Source: an uncultured bacterium (GTDB taxonomy: Bacteria; Krumholzibacteriota; Krumholzibacteriia; Krumholzibacteriales; Krumholzibacteriaceae). Taken from it: a DNA stretch of 64,000 bases. Every line of letters begins with the position of its first letter. Positions within the stretch are counted from its first letter, which is position 1. The translations under genes were made by a program, and so were the position numbers. The notes under the pieces were generated by a model. The model searched no databases. It was not told the origin of the DNA and worked only from the letters and a program-made list of their open reading frames with translations. The stretch is taken from NCBI GenBank assembly GCA_963813815.1, contig CAWFAD010000007.1:1-64000 (forward strand), given 5' to 3'. This document shows, in pieces, positions 46,960 through 58,217 of the stretch.

Positions 46960-47976
46960 ATGGCGAAAGCGAGGAGACCGGCGAAGGCGCGGCCCACTCG
47001 GGCGAAAAAGGCTTCGCCGAGGAAGGGCGCCGCGAAGACCCGTCCCGCGAAGAAGGCGCTCCCGCCGAAACGCGCTGGCAAGGCGGCGGTCCGGCGGCCG
47101 GCGGCGAAACGCACGCCGACGCCCCCGGGACTCAAGTCGATCGAGGCGGGCAGGATCGCGGACGTCGTCGCGCGTCTCTCGATGGAGGCGAACTTCGAGC
47201 TCGAGGGGGACGTCGAGCGGGCCCTCTCGCGCGGCCTCCGCGCCGAGGAATCGCCGGTCGGCAAGGAAATCATCGGCCAGATCCTCGAGAACGCCGCGAT
47301 CGCGCGCGCCGAGCGGCTCCCGATCTGCCAGGACACCGGTCTCGCGATCGTGTTCGTCGAAATCGGCCAGGACGTGCACGTCGCCGGCGGAGGCCTCGAG
47401 GAAGCGATTCACGAAGGAGTGCGGCGCGGCTATACGGAGGGGTATCTCCGAAAATCGGTTCTCGGCGATCCGCTCCGCCGCGTCAACACGAAGGACAACA
47501 CCCCGGCCGTGATCCATACGCGGATCGTGCCGGGGCGCAAGCTTCGCCTGTGGATCGTCCCCAAGGGCGGCGGAAGCGAGAACAAGAGCAGGATCGCGAT
47601 GCTGAAGCCCGCCGACGGGGTCGAGGGCGTCAAGAAGTTCGTTCTCGAGGCCGTGAAGATCGCCTCGGCCGACCCCTGTCCGCCCATCATCGTCGGCGTC
47701 GGCGTCGGCGGCTCGTTCGAGCAATGCGCGTTGAACGCGAAGCGCGCTCTGCTGCGCGAGGTCGGCAGCGTTCACGCCGATCCATTTTACGCCGAGCTCG
47801 AGGCGGAGCTCCTGCGGAAGGTGAACGATCTCGGGATCGGCCCCCAGGGGCTCGGCGGACGGGTCACGGCGCTCGCCGTTCATATCGAGGCGGCCCCGTG
47901 CCACATCGCGTCGCTCCCCGTCGCGGTCAATCTGAACTGCCACGCCGCTCGCCACAAGGTGGCCGAGCTCTCATAG
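46960..47976 (+). CDS. Class I fumarate/tartrate hydratase alpha subunit with basic N-terminal extension
   Basis: PICQDTG, GYLRKS, NTKDNTPAV, KGGGSEN, PCPP..VGVGVGG, GIGPQGLGG, CHIASLPVAVNLNCHAARH. Confidence 0.93.
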   Translation: MAKARRPAKARPTRAKKASPRKGAAKTRPAKKALPPKRAGKAAVRRPAAKRTPTPPGLKSIEAGRIADVVARLSMEANFELEGDVERALSRGLRAEESPVGKEIIGQILENAAIARAERLPICQDTGLAIVFVEIGQDVHVAGGGLEEAIHEGVRRGYTEGYLRKSVLGDPLRRVNTKDNTPAVIHTRIVPGRKLRLWIVPKGGGSENKSRIAMLKPADGVEGVKKFVLEAVKIASADPCPPIIVGVGVGGSFEQCALNAKRALLREVGSVHADPFYAELEAELLRKVNDLGIGPQGLGGRVTALAVHIEAAPCHIASLPVAVNLNCHAARHKVAELS

Positions 47977-47990
47977 GAGGAGAACACGCC

Positions 47991-48542
47991 ATGGCGGAAT
48001 ATTCGATGAAGACGCCGCTCCGGCCCGAGGACGTGGACGCGCTGCGCGCGGGGGACACCGTGAGCCTCACCGGCGACATCTACACGGCCCGTGACGCCGC
48101 CCACAAGCGGCTCGTCGATCTCATCAAGGAGGGGAAGCCCTTGCCGATGCCGCTCGATGGACAGGTCATCTATTACGTCGGACCTTCTCCCACGCCGCCG
48201 GGGAAGCCGATCGGATCGGCGGGCCCCACGACGAGCGGGCGCATGGATCCCTACGCGCCGATCCTCATCGAGCGGGGGCTCCGCGGCATGATCGGAAAGG
48301 GAGAGCGCTCGCCGGGGGTCGTCGAGGCGATGCAGAAGCACGGATGCGTTTACTTCGCCGCGACGGGCGGCGCCGCGGCGCTTCTCTCGAAGCGGATCAA
48401 GGCCGCCCAGGTGATCGCGTATCCCGAGCTCGGCGCCGAATCCATTTCGAAGCTTCGGGTCGAGAATTTCCCCGTGATCGTGGCGCAGGACCGGTACGGC
48501 GGCAACATCTACCGCGACGGCCAGAAGCAGTATGCGCGATGA
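47991..48542 (+). CDS. Class I fumarate/tartrate hydratase beta subunit
   Basis: TARDAAHKRL, YYVGP, SAGPTTSGRMD, MIGKG, GGAAAL; AGGAGG RBS. Confidence 0.94.
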   Translation: MAEYSMKTPLRPEDVDALRAGDTVSLTGDIYTARDAAHKRLVDLIKEGKPLPMPLDGQVIYYVGPSPTPPGKPIGSAGPTTSGRMDPYAPILIERGLRGMIGKGERSPGVVEAMQKHGCVYFAATGGAAALLSKRIKAAQVIAYPELGAESISKLRVENFPVIVAQDRYGGNIYRDGQKQYAR

Positions 48543-49402
48543 GTCGAAGACGTGAAACTCCGAGGGGCGAGCAGCGCGCTCCGGCTCGCGAGTCGCTCCA
48601 TTCGGCGGACCGGGTGATCGTCGTCATCCCGGCGCGCTACGGCTCCACCCGGTTCGCCGGGAAGCCGCTCGCCGTCATTCAGGGCGTGCCGATGATCGTG
48701 CACGTCTTTCGCCGCGCGTCGAAGATCCGCAACGCCGACACCGTCGTCGTGGCCACGGACGACCCCCGCATCAAGGCGATCGTCGACGACGCCGGCGGCA
48801 CGGCGATCATGACCTCATCCGAGCACTCGACGGGAACCTCCCGCGTCCGGGAGGTGGCGGCGAAATTCACCCATGGCATCGTGGTCAACGTCCAGGGGGA
48901 CGAGCCCCTTCTGCCGGTGACCGCCGTCGAGCGGCTCATCGACGCCATGCGCGCGGACCGGAGCCTCATGATGAGCACGCTCGCCGCGCCGCTCGACGAC
49001 CTCGAGGAGTTCGCCCGGCCCGACGTCGTGAAAGTCGTCTGCGACCACGACGGAAACGCCCTCTATTTCTCGCGTTCCCCGATTCCGTACCCCGGTTTCC
49101 AGCCGGGAGGCGCCGCGACCCAACAGCCCGCGCCGCCCGATCCGCCCCCGGCGGGGAGGGGGCTCCTGCGGCACATCGGGGTGTACGCCTTCCGGCGCGA
49201 GCTCCTCATGATGTTGCGGCGCCTCGCGGCCGGCCCCCTCGAGCGCCTCGAATCGCTCGAGCAGCTCCGGGCCCTCGAGAACGGGTACCGCATCCGGGTC
49301 GTGGTCTGCCGCTCGGAGTCGATCGGCGTCGATCGCCCCGAGGATCTTCGGAAGATCGAGCAGGTGCTCCGCTCTCGGCCCGGCGCGCGGCGCCCGAGGT
49401 AG
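48539..49402 (+). CDS. kdsB: CMP-Kdo synthetase
   Basis: IPARYGSTRFAGKPL, VATDD, NVQGDEP, ALYFSRSPIP, HIGVYAFR, LEQLRALENG. Confidence 0.95.
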   Translation: MSRRRETPRGEQRAPARESLHSADRVIVVIPARYGSTRFAGKPLAVIQGVPMIVHVFRRASKIRNADTVVVATDDPRIKAIVDDAGGTAIMTSSEHSTGTSRVREVAAKFTHGIVVNVQGDEPLLPVTAVERLIDAMRADRSLMMSTLAAPLDDLEEFARPDVVKVVCDHDGNALYFSRSPIPYPGFQPGGAATQQPAPPDPPPAGRGLLRHIGVYAFRRELLMMLRRLAAGPLERLESLEQLRALENGYRIRVVVCRSESIGVDRPEDLRKIEQVLRSRPGARRPR

Positions 49403-51184
<1,782 letters not shown>

Positions 51185-51185
51185 G

Positions 51186-52037
51186 GTGGCAGCGGTGAAC
51201 GAGCTGCGGATAGCGGGGCGCACCGTCGATCCGCTCGCGACCCCCCTTCTCATAGCCGGCCCTTGCGTCCTCGAACGGCAGGAGGACGCCCTGCGCGTCG
51301 CCCAGGAGTGCTCCGAGGCGGCCGCGCGGGAGGGCTTCTTCTACATTTTCAAGTCGAGCTATCTCAAGGATAACCGCTCATCCATCGATTCCTACGCGGG
51401 GCCCGGGATCGAACGGGGGCTCGAGATGCTCGCCACCATCGGGGCCAAGACGGGAGCGCCGCTTCTCACCGACGTTCATTGCCGCGAGGAGATCCCGAAG
51501 GCAGCCTCGGTCGTCGACGTCATCCAGATCCCCGCTTTTCTCGTCCGCCAGACGCGCCTCGTCGCGGCCGCGGCCCGGACGGGGAAGATCGTGAACCTCA
51601 AGAAGAGCCAGATGCTCTCCCCCGAGGAGATGGGAAACGCCGTCGAAAAGGTCCGCGCCTCGGGCGGCGCCGGAGCGATGATCACCGAGCGCGGCACCAT
51701 GTTCGGGTACAACAACCTCGTCGTCGATTTCACGGCGTTTCCGCGGATGCGCTCCTTCGGCGCGCCCCTCATCTTCGACGCGACGCACTCGCTGCAGCTT
51801 CCGGGGGGGCTCGGGACAAAGTCGGGGGGTCGCCCCGAGTACGCCGCCACGCTCGCCCGCGCGGCCGCCGCCGCCGGGTGCGACGGGTTCTTCATCGAGA
51901 CCCATTTCGCCCCGCTCGAATGCCGGTGCGACGCCGAGGCGATGCTTCCCCTCGACCGGCTTCCCCGGCTGCTCGCGGAGCTCGCGAGCCTCGTCCGGCT
52001 CACGAGGAGCTTCGAAGCCCGGAGCGAACGATCATGA
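51186..52037 (+). CDS. kdsA: Kdo8P synthase
   Basis: LIAGPCVLE, QIPAFL.RQT, TERGTMFGYNNLVVD, FDATHS.QLPGG; sits in pyrG-kdsA-kdsD. Confidence 0.93.
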   Translation: MAAVNELRIAGRTVDPLATPLLIAGPCVLERQEDALRVAQECSEAAAREGFFYIFKSSYLKDNRSSIDSYAGPGIERGLEMLATIGAKTGAPLLTDVHCREEIPKAASVVDVIQIPAFLVRQTRLVAAAARTGKIVNLKKSQMLSPEEMGNAVEKVRASGGAGAMITERGTMFGYNNLVVDFTAFPRMRSFGAPLIFDATHSLQLPGGLGTKSGGRPEYAATLARAAAAAGCDGFFIETHFAPLECRCDAEAMLPLDRLPRLLAELASLVRLTRSFEARSERS

Positions 52038-53074
52038 CGAAAGGCGCGAAACGCGCGTCGGGAAAAACGGGCGCCGGCGGATCCCCCGCCTCCCGGAAAC
52101 CCCGCGACGTCGAAGAGATAGGCCGCGAGGTGATCGCCTCCGAGATCCGGGGGCTCGAGGAGCTTCGCCGCTCGATCGGGCCCGGATTCCGCGACGCCGT
52201 CTCGCTCCTGCTCGAGTGCTGCGGCAAGGTGATCGTGTGCGGGATAGGCAAATCGGGGATCGCCGCCCGCAAGATCGCGGCGACCCTCAGCAGCACCGGC
52301 ACGCCCGCCGTCTACCTCCATCCCGGCGACGCCGTCCACGGCGACATGGGCATGATCGCGAAGGAGGACGTCTTCCTCGCCGTGAGCAAGAGCGGGAGCA
52401 ACGACGAGCTCGCCAAGCTCATACCCTTCCTCAAGGCGCTCGGGGTCAAGATGATCGCCATCACGGCCTCGTCGGGCTCGGCCCTCGCGTCGGAGAGCGA
52501 CGTCGCGCTCTCCACGAACGCGCTCAAGGAGGCCTGTCCGATGGACATCGTGCCGACGACGAGCACGACGGCGGCGATCGTGCTCGGCGATGCGATAGCC
52601 GTCGCCGCGCTCCAGAGCCGGGACTTCGGCCGCGAGGATTTCGCGCGGCTGCACCCGAGCGGAATTCTCGGCAAGCGCCTGACCCTCACCGTGGGTGAGA
52701 TCATGCACAAGGGCGCGGCGATGCCCGCCGTCGGCATGGACGCGACGCTGCGCGAGGCGCTCTTCGAGATCGCGAACAAGCGGCTCGGATGCACGGGTAT
52801 CCTCGACGCGGAGAGCCGGCTCGCCGGCATCATTACCGACGGCGATCTCAAACGCATTCTCATCCGCGATCCGCGCGGCCTCGACGCGACGGTCGCCTCC
52901 GTCATGACGAAATCCCCGCGGACCACGCGCGCGGAGGAGCTCGCCGTCGACGCGCTCTCCCAGATGGAAATGGACCCGCGGGGCCCCGTGACTCAGCTCT
53001 TTGTGCTGGACGAAGCCGGCCGGCCCGTCGGCCTCATTCACATCCACGACATCATCCGCGAGGGCCTGAGATAG
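52034..53074 (+). CDS. kdsD: Arabinose-5-phosphate isomerase (KpsF/GutQ; SIS plus CBS)
   Basis: GIGKSG, SSTGTP, HGDMG, EACP...PTTST, HPSGILG, TDGDL. Confidence 0.95.
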   Translation: MTKGAKRASGKTGAGGSPASRKPRDVEEIGREVIASEIRGLEELRRSIGPGFRDAVSLLLECCGKVIVCGIGKSGIAARKIAATLSSTGTPAVYLHPGDAVHGDMGMIAKEDVFLAVSKSGSNDELAKLIPFLKALGVKMIAITASSGSALASESDVALSTNALKEACPMDIVPTTSTTAAIVLGDAIAVAALQSRDFGREDFARLHPSGILGKRLTLTVGEIMHKGAAMPAVGMDATLREALFEIANKRLGCTGILDAESRLAGIITDGDLKRILIRDPRGLDATVASVMTKSPRTTRAEELAVDALSQMEMDPRGPVTQLFVLDEAGRPVGLIHIHDIIREGLR

Positions 53075-53226
53075 CGCGGCCGGGGCGCTCGTTTCCCCTT
53101 CGCGCCGGCCGTCGAGGCCGCCGATCCGCGCGAAATCGCCGATTATCCCCAAAACGAGCCGATTATTGCGCGTAATTCCTTATAGTTTCGTGTAATTACC
53201 TATGGTTCCGAGTTGTTACCAGATGT

Positions 53227-53242
53227 TGGCATAAATGTTGCT
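53227..53242 (+). promoter_or_regulatory. Sigma54 -24/-12 element at head of the lpxL-lptC-lptB-rpoN operon
   Basis: TGGCATAAATGTTGCT, near-consensus, GG-N10-GC. Confidence 0.8.
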
Positions 53243-53270
53243 TGACGTATTCGGAGTTCTATGATATATA
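53242..53270 (+). promoter_or_regulatory. Sigma70-type promoter overlapping the sigma54 element
   Basis: TTGACG-17 nt-TATATA with TG extension. Confidence 0.65.
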
Positions 53271-53349
53271 CCTCGTGAGAGACGCATCAGAACGTTATTC
53301 AACAGCCGGTTGCGTCATCGAGGACAAAGAGGAATCGGGCCTTTTCCGC

Positions 53350-54291
53350 TTGAGGAAGAAGATAAGAAGATGGGGCGCGTATCTGCTCGTGAATGCGCTC
53401 ATCTCTGCCACGAGGGTCATGCCGCGGCGCGCGGGGCTCTCGTTTTTCTCGTTCCTCGGCGGAGCGGCGTTTCGGCTCTACCGCCGGGACCGGGAGCGCG
53501 CTCTCGCCAACATCGCTCTCGCGTTTCCCGGAAGCGATCCGCTCGTCGTCTCGGCGATGGCGAAGGGATCGTTCGTCGCCGTCGCGCGCAGCGCGTACGA
53601 CGCTTTTCGACTCGTGCATCTTTCGAGGGAGCAGGTGCTCGAGCTCTGCGACGTTGAAGGCGAGGAGCACCTTTCCGAGGCCTCCCGCGGGGGCAACGGG
53701 GTCGTCGCCCTGACGGGGCACATCGGCTGCTGGGAGCTTCTCGCGGCATATTTCGCGGGAAAGGGATACGCGGTGAGCGTGGTGTACCGGGAGATGCGGG
53801 ACAAGCGCCTCGAGGACATGCTCGTCGGCATGCGGCGCCGCCACGGGATCGCCTCGATCCCCCGGGGAGCGGGCGCCGTCTCGGCGTTCAAGGCCCTCAA
53901 GCGCGGCGAAATCCTCGCCATGCTCATCGATCAGGATATCGACGTCGACGGCGTGCTTCTGCCGTTCTTCGGCGTTCCGGCGCATACGCCGCGGGGCGCG
54001 GCCGCGTTCGCCCTTCGCAGCGGCGCGCCGGTCGTGCCCGTCGCCATTCATCTGCTGCCGGACGGCCGCCATCGCATCACCTTCCTGCCGCCGCTCGAGC
54101 GGCCCGGATCCGCGCTTTCGGAAGGGGACGCGGTGGACGAGCTCACCGGGCGCTGCTCGGCGGCCATCGAGCGGCTCATCCGGATGTATCCGCAGCAATG
54201 GGTGTGGTTCCACGACCGCTGGCGCAGATCGCGCCCGTCCGGGGCCGCGCACGCGGGGAACCGCTCCGAGGGAGGGAATTGTGCCGCGTAA
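53350..54291 (+). CDS. Lipid A late acyltransferase (LpxL/HtrB family); start uncertain
   Basis: TGHIGCWE, LIDQD, PFFG, YPQQWVWFHDRW. Confidence 0.9.
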   Translation: MRKKIRRWGAYLLVNALISATRVMPRRAGLSFFSFLGGAAFRLYRRDRERALANIALAFPGSDPLVVSAMAKGSFVAVARSAYDAFRLVHLSREQVLELCDVEGEEHLSEASRGGNGVVALTGHIGCWELLAAYFAGKGYAVSVVYREMRDKRLEDMLVGMRRRHGIASIPRGAGAVSAFKALKRGEILAMLIDQDIDVDGVLLPFFGVPAHTPRGAAAFALRSGAPVVPVAIHLLPDGRHRITFLPPLERPGSALSEGDAVDELTGRCSAAIERLIRMYPQQWVWFHDRWRRSRPSGAAHAGNRSEGGNCAA

Positions 54292-54895
54292 GCGTCGAAC
54301 GGTCCTCGAGAGCGGCCTGCTGCCGCTCGCCTGCGCGCTCGTCGCGCTCGTCGCGCTCGCCCCGTCCTGCCAGCGGGGGGATTCGGAGAGCGGCACCGTC
54401 GCCACGACGGATGTGCCGGATCAGGAGTTCTCCGATTTCACGACGGTCGAGAGCGATTCGGGGCGCGTCCGCTGGCGGCTCATCGCGCCCGTCGCGCGGC
54501 TCTACAACGCCCGCAATCTGCTGGCCGCGGACGAGCCCCATATCGAGTTCTACGACGAAACAGGAATGCTCACCTCCGTGCTCACGGCGGATAAGGGCGA
54601 GTACAACCAGGTTACGCACGACCTCACGGCGCTCGGGCACGTCGTCATCACCTCGCAGGATGGGTACGTGCTCGAGACCGAGAGCCTCGTTTGGGTCAAC
54701 GAGCTGAATGAAATCCACTCCGAGAATTTCGTCACCTTCACGCGGGGCAGGGACGTGCTCACGGGGTACGGGCTTCGGGGCGATCCTGAGCTCCGGAACG
54801 TGGAGATCCAGCGCGACGTCAAGGCCTATCTCCGCGACGACGAGGGGATTCTGAGACAGGAGTTCGAAGGGGATGCCGGAAGCGGGGGGCGTTAG
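54281..54895 (+). CDS. lptC: LPS export protein LptC, with lipobox-like signal
   Basis: WRLIA..A, IEFYD, LTADKG, LETESL.W beta-jellyroll pattern; LAPSC; directly before lptB. Confidence 0.8.
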   Translation: MPRKRRTVLESGLLPLACALVALVALAPSCQRGDSESGTVATTDVPDQEFSDFTTVESDSGRVRWRLIAPVARLYNARNLLAADEPHIEFYDETGMLTSVLTADKGEYNQVTHDLTALGHVVITSQDGYVLETESLVWVNELNEIHSENFVTFTRGRDVLTGYGLRGDPELRNVEIQRDVKAYLRDDEGILRQEFEGDAGSGGR

Positions 54896-54896
54896 C

Positions 54897-55670
54897 ATGG
54901 AAGCGGTTCGCGGCGAGAGCGCCGGCGGCCTCGCGCCGTCGGCGGAAGGCACGGGCCTCTCCTGCGAGCGGCTCGTCAAGGTGTACGGAAAGCGGCGCGT
55001 CGTCAACGAGGTTTCCATCGAGGTCCGCCGCGGCGAGATCGTCGGGCTGCTCGGGCCGAACGGCGCCGGCAAAACGACCTGCTTCTACATGCTCGTCGGG
55101 ATGATCCGCCCCGAGGAGGGCAGAGTGCTGCTCGGCGGCGAGGAGATCACGAAGCTTCCGATGTACAAGCGCGCGCGCAAGGGGATCGGCTACCTGCCTC
55201 AGGAGGCCTCGATCTTCCGGCGGCTCTCCGTCGAGGACAACGTCATGGCGATCCTCGAGACCATCGGCATCGACAAGGCGGAGCGGCGCCTCCGGCTCGA
55301 ATCGCTCCTCGCCGAGCTCGGCACGGAGCATCTGCGCCGCAGCTACGGCTACCAGCTCTCGGGCGGGGAGCGCCGCCGCGTCGAGATCACCCGCTCGCTC
55401 GTCACCGAGCCGGCGTTCATGCTTCTCGACGAGCCGTTCGCGGGCATCGATCCCATCACGGTTCAGGACCTCCAGGGGATCGTGCGCAAGCTCAAGGAGC
55501 GCGGGCTCGGCGTGCTCATCACCGATCACAACGTTCGCGAGACGCTTTCGATCACGGATCGCGCTTACATCCTCTACGAGGGGAAGATCCTCCGGTCGGG
55601 CACGGCCGACGAGCTCGCGAACGATCCCGATATTCGAGAGATATATCTGGGCGAGGCCTTCAGACTCTAA
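54897..55670 (+). CDS. lptB: LPS export ABC ATPase
   Basis: [53 protein letters not shown]. Confidence 0.96.
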   Translation: MEAVRGESAGGLAPSAEGTGLSCERLVKVYGKRRVVNEVSIEVRRGEIVGLLGPNGAGKTTCFYMLVGMIRPEEGRVLLGGEEITKLPMYKRARKGIGYLPQEASIFRRLSVEDNVMAILETIGIDKAERRLRLESLLAELGTEHLRRSYGYQLSGGERRRVEITRSLVTEPAFMLLDEPFAGIDPITVQDLQGIVRKLKERGLGVLITDHNVRETLSITDRAYILYEGKILRSGTADELANDPDIREIYLGEAFRL

Positions 55671-55691
55671 ATCAAGAGAGGAACCGCTGCC

Positions 55692-57185
55692 ATGGACATG
55701 AAGATCGGACTCCACATGGGGCTTCAGCAGCGTCTCGTGATGACGCCGAAGCTGCAACAGGCGCTGAAGCTGCTCCAGATGCCGACGATCGAGCTCCAGC
55801 AGGTCCTCAAACAGGAAATGCTCCAGAACCCCCTTCTCGAGGAGATCGAGGATCAGGATCTCGAGATGGAGGAGGAAGAGCCCCGGGAGGCTCCCGAGGA
55901 GAGCGCCCAGAGCGAGGAGCAGGAGGCGAAGGCGAAGGAGGTCGAGGCGGAAGGGGCCTCGGAGGAGACCAAGAAGGAGCAGATCGATTTCGACGATTAC
56001 TTCGAGTCGAGCTTCGGCGCCGGCGACGGCTTCGCGAACGAGGAGGGGCGGGAGGATTTCGTCGAACGGGTTCCCGTCGCCAAACAGAGCTTTTCCGAGT
56101 TTCTCCTGAGCCAGCTCCGGCTCGTGACCGACGACCAGCGGACACGCGACATCGGGGAGTATCTCATCGGCAGCCTCGACGATTCGGGGTACCTCACCTG
56201 TACGCTCGACGAGGTGGCCGAGACCTTCCGCGACGGCGACCCGGGAAGCGACGAAGACAAGCAGAAACGGATCGAGGAGATCGAGCGCGTTCTCAAGATC
56301 ATCCAAGGTTTCGATCCGATCGGCATCGGCGCCCGAAATCTCAAGGAATGCCTCCTCATCCAGCTCGAGGCGAGAGGGCTCGGCGAGAGCTTCGCGGCCC
56401 GCATCGTTCGCGACTACTTCGAGGAGTTCAAGCAGAAGAAATACCTCGATCTCAGCCGGGCGCTCCGCGCGCCGCTGCGCGAGATCCAGGAGCAGGCGCA
56501 GATCATCGGGAGCCTCAACCCCAAGCCCGGCCTCGACATTCTCGTCGACGAGCCGAAGTACGTGATCCCCGATCTCATGGTCGACCGGGTGGGCGACCGC
56601 TACGTCGTTTCGCTCAACGACCACAACGTGCCGCGGCTGCGCATCAGCCAGTCGTACCGCGACGAGCTGTCGCAGAACATCGAGCTCGACGAGAAAGCGC
56701 GCGATTTCATACAGGGGCGTCTCAAGAACGCGAAATGGCTCATTCAGACGATCGAGCAGCGCCGGCGAACGATGATCAAGGTCATGGAGGCGATCGTCGA
56801 GGAGCAACGGGCGTTCTTCGACCGGGGCGGCGCATTCCTCAGGCCGCTCACGCTCCAGCAGGTCGCGAGCAAGATCGGGATGCACGAATCGACGGTGAGC
56901 CGGGTGACGACGAGCAAGTACGTTCAAACCCCCCGGGGCGTGTACGAGCTCAAGTATTTTTTCAGCTCGGCGCTCAGCACGGAGGATGGGGACGAGGTGT
57001 CGGCCAAGAGCGCCAAGTTGAAGATCCGCGGCATCATCGAGAAGGAAGACGCTCGAAGGCCCTTGAGCGATCAGAAGATTGCGGATATACTGAAGAAGGA
57101 TGGTCTCATCATCGCGCGGAGAACGGTGGCGAAGTACCGGGAGCAGCTCGGCGTCCTTCCGGCGAGGCACCGGAAGCAGTACTGA
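55692..57185 (+). CDS. rpoN: RNA polymerase sigma54 factor
   Basis: LQQALKLLQM region I, HESTVSRV, ELKYFFS, ARRTVAKYRE RpoN box. Confidence 0.98.
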   Translation: MDMKIGLHMGLQQRLVMTPKLQQALKLLQMPTIELQQVLKQEMLQNPLLEEIEDQDLEMEEEEPREAPEESAQSEEQEAKAKEVEAEGASEETKKEQIDFDDYFESSFGAGDGFANEEGREDFVERVPVAKQSFSEFLLSQLRLVTDDQRTRDIGEYLIGSLDDSGYLTCTLDEVAETFRDGDPGSDEDKQKRIEEIERVLKIIQGFDPIGIGARNLKECLLIQLEARGLGESFAARIVRDYFEEFKQKKYLDLSRALRAPLREIQEQAQIIGSLNPKPGLDILVDEPKYVIPDLMVDRVGDRYVVSLNDHNVPRLRISQSYRDELSQNIELDEKARDFIQGRLKNAKWLIQTIEQRRRTMIKVMEAIVEEQRAFFDRGGAFLRPLTLQQVASKIGMHESTVSRVTTSKYVQTPRGVYELKYFFSSALSTEDGDEVSAKSAKLKIRGIIEKEDARRPLSDQKIADILKKDGLIIARRTVAKYREQLGVLPARHRKQY

Positions 57186-57296
57186 TCGGCGCCCGGACGG
57201 TTCGCGCCGGATGTTCGCGCGGTTTTCCCGTGTGCGATCGAACAGCGGCACCGTTCCCTGCCAGTTCCGGTTGAACGTGGAGCAGGGTATAGATAC

Positions 57297-58217
57297 ATGA
57301 CAGTCTCGACTCGCTCGCGTCGGTCGAAGAGCCTTCCCCGCTGGCTCCAGAGGCGGATCCCGCTCCTCGAGGAGTGTAGCCCCGTCGAAGGCGCCGTCCG
57401 CAGGCACGATCTCCATACCGTTTGCCGCGAGGCGCTCTGCCCGAACCGGGCCGAATGCTACTCCCGGCGCAAGGCTACCTTCATCATCCTCGGAGACACC
57501 TGCACGAGAGGCTGCCGGTTCTGCTCCGTGTCGCGGGGGGAGCCGGGGCCGGTCGATCCGGGAGAGCCGGAACGCCTCGCCCGCGCGGTCGGGGAGCTCG
57601 GATTGCGGTACGTGGTCGTGACCTCCGTCACGCGCGACGACCTTCCCGACGGGGGGGCGGGCCAGTTCGCCGCCGCCGTGCGCGCCCTGAGATCGCTCGG
57701 GCCGGCGCCGGCGGTGGAGGTGCTCGTCCCCGATTTCAAGGGGAGCCCGGAGGCGCTCGCCGCCGTGCTCGAGGCGGGTCCCGATATACTGTCCCACAAC
57801 GTCGAAACGGTCCGGCGCCTCTATCCCGAGGTGCGAAGCGGCGCCGATTACGAGAGATCCTTGCGGTTGCTCGCGGACGCGAAGCGGATCCGAGGGGAGG
57901 TAATGACGAAGTCGGCGCTCATGCTCGGTCTGGGCGAGACGGAGGAGGAGGTGCGGGAAACCTTCCGCGATCTGAGGCTCCGCGATTGCGATTACCTGGC
58001 GGTCGGCCAGTACCTTCGACCGGGGCTGGATCAGGTCCCGGTCCGGGAGTACCTGCCGCCCGAGCGCTTCGATGCCGTCGGGGAAGAGGCGCTCGGCATG
58101 GGTTTCCGCGAGGTGGCCTCGGGGCCCCTCGTGCGAAGCTCGTACCGGGAAAATCGCGTCGAACGACGGACCGGCGAGTTTCACGGGAACAACATAACGG
58201 AGGAGGCACGAGTATGA
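57297..58217 (+). CDS. lipA: Lipoyl synthase
   Basis: TVCREALCPNRAEC, CTRGCRFC, TSVTRDDL, HNVETV, GQYLRP, GPLVRSSY. Confidence 0.96.
   Translation: MTVSTRSRRSKSLPRWLQRRIPLLEECSPVEGAVRRHDLHTVCREALCPNRAECYSRRKATFIILGDTCTRGCRFCSVSRGEPGPVDPGEPERLARAVGELGLRYVVVTSVTRDDLPDGGAGQFAAAVRALRSLGPAPAVEVLVPDFKGSPEALAAVLEAGPDILSHNVETVRRLYPEVRSGADYERSLRLLADAKRIRGEVMTKSALMLGLGETEEEVRETFRDLRLRDCDYLAVGQYLRPGLDQVPVREYLPPERFDAVGEEALGMGFREVASGPLVRSSYRENRVERRTGEFHGNNITEEARV

Noticed and set aside
57246..57262. Sigma54 promoter upstream of lipA (CGGCACCGTTCCCTGC)
   Set aside because: GG-to-GC spacing is 11
54819..58184. 1121-aa minus-strand ORF
   Set aside because: Antisense shadow of lptB-rpoN-lipA
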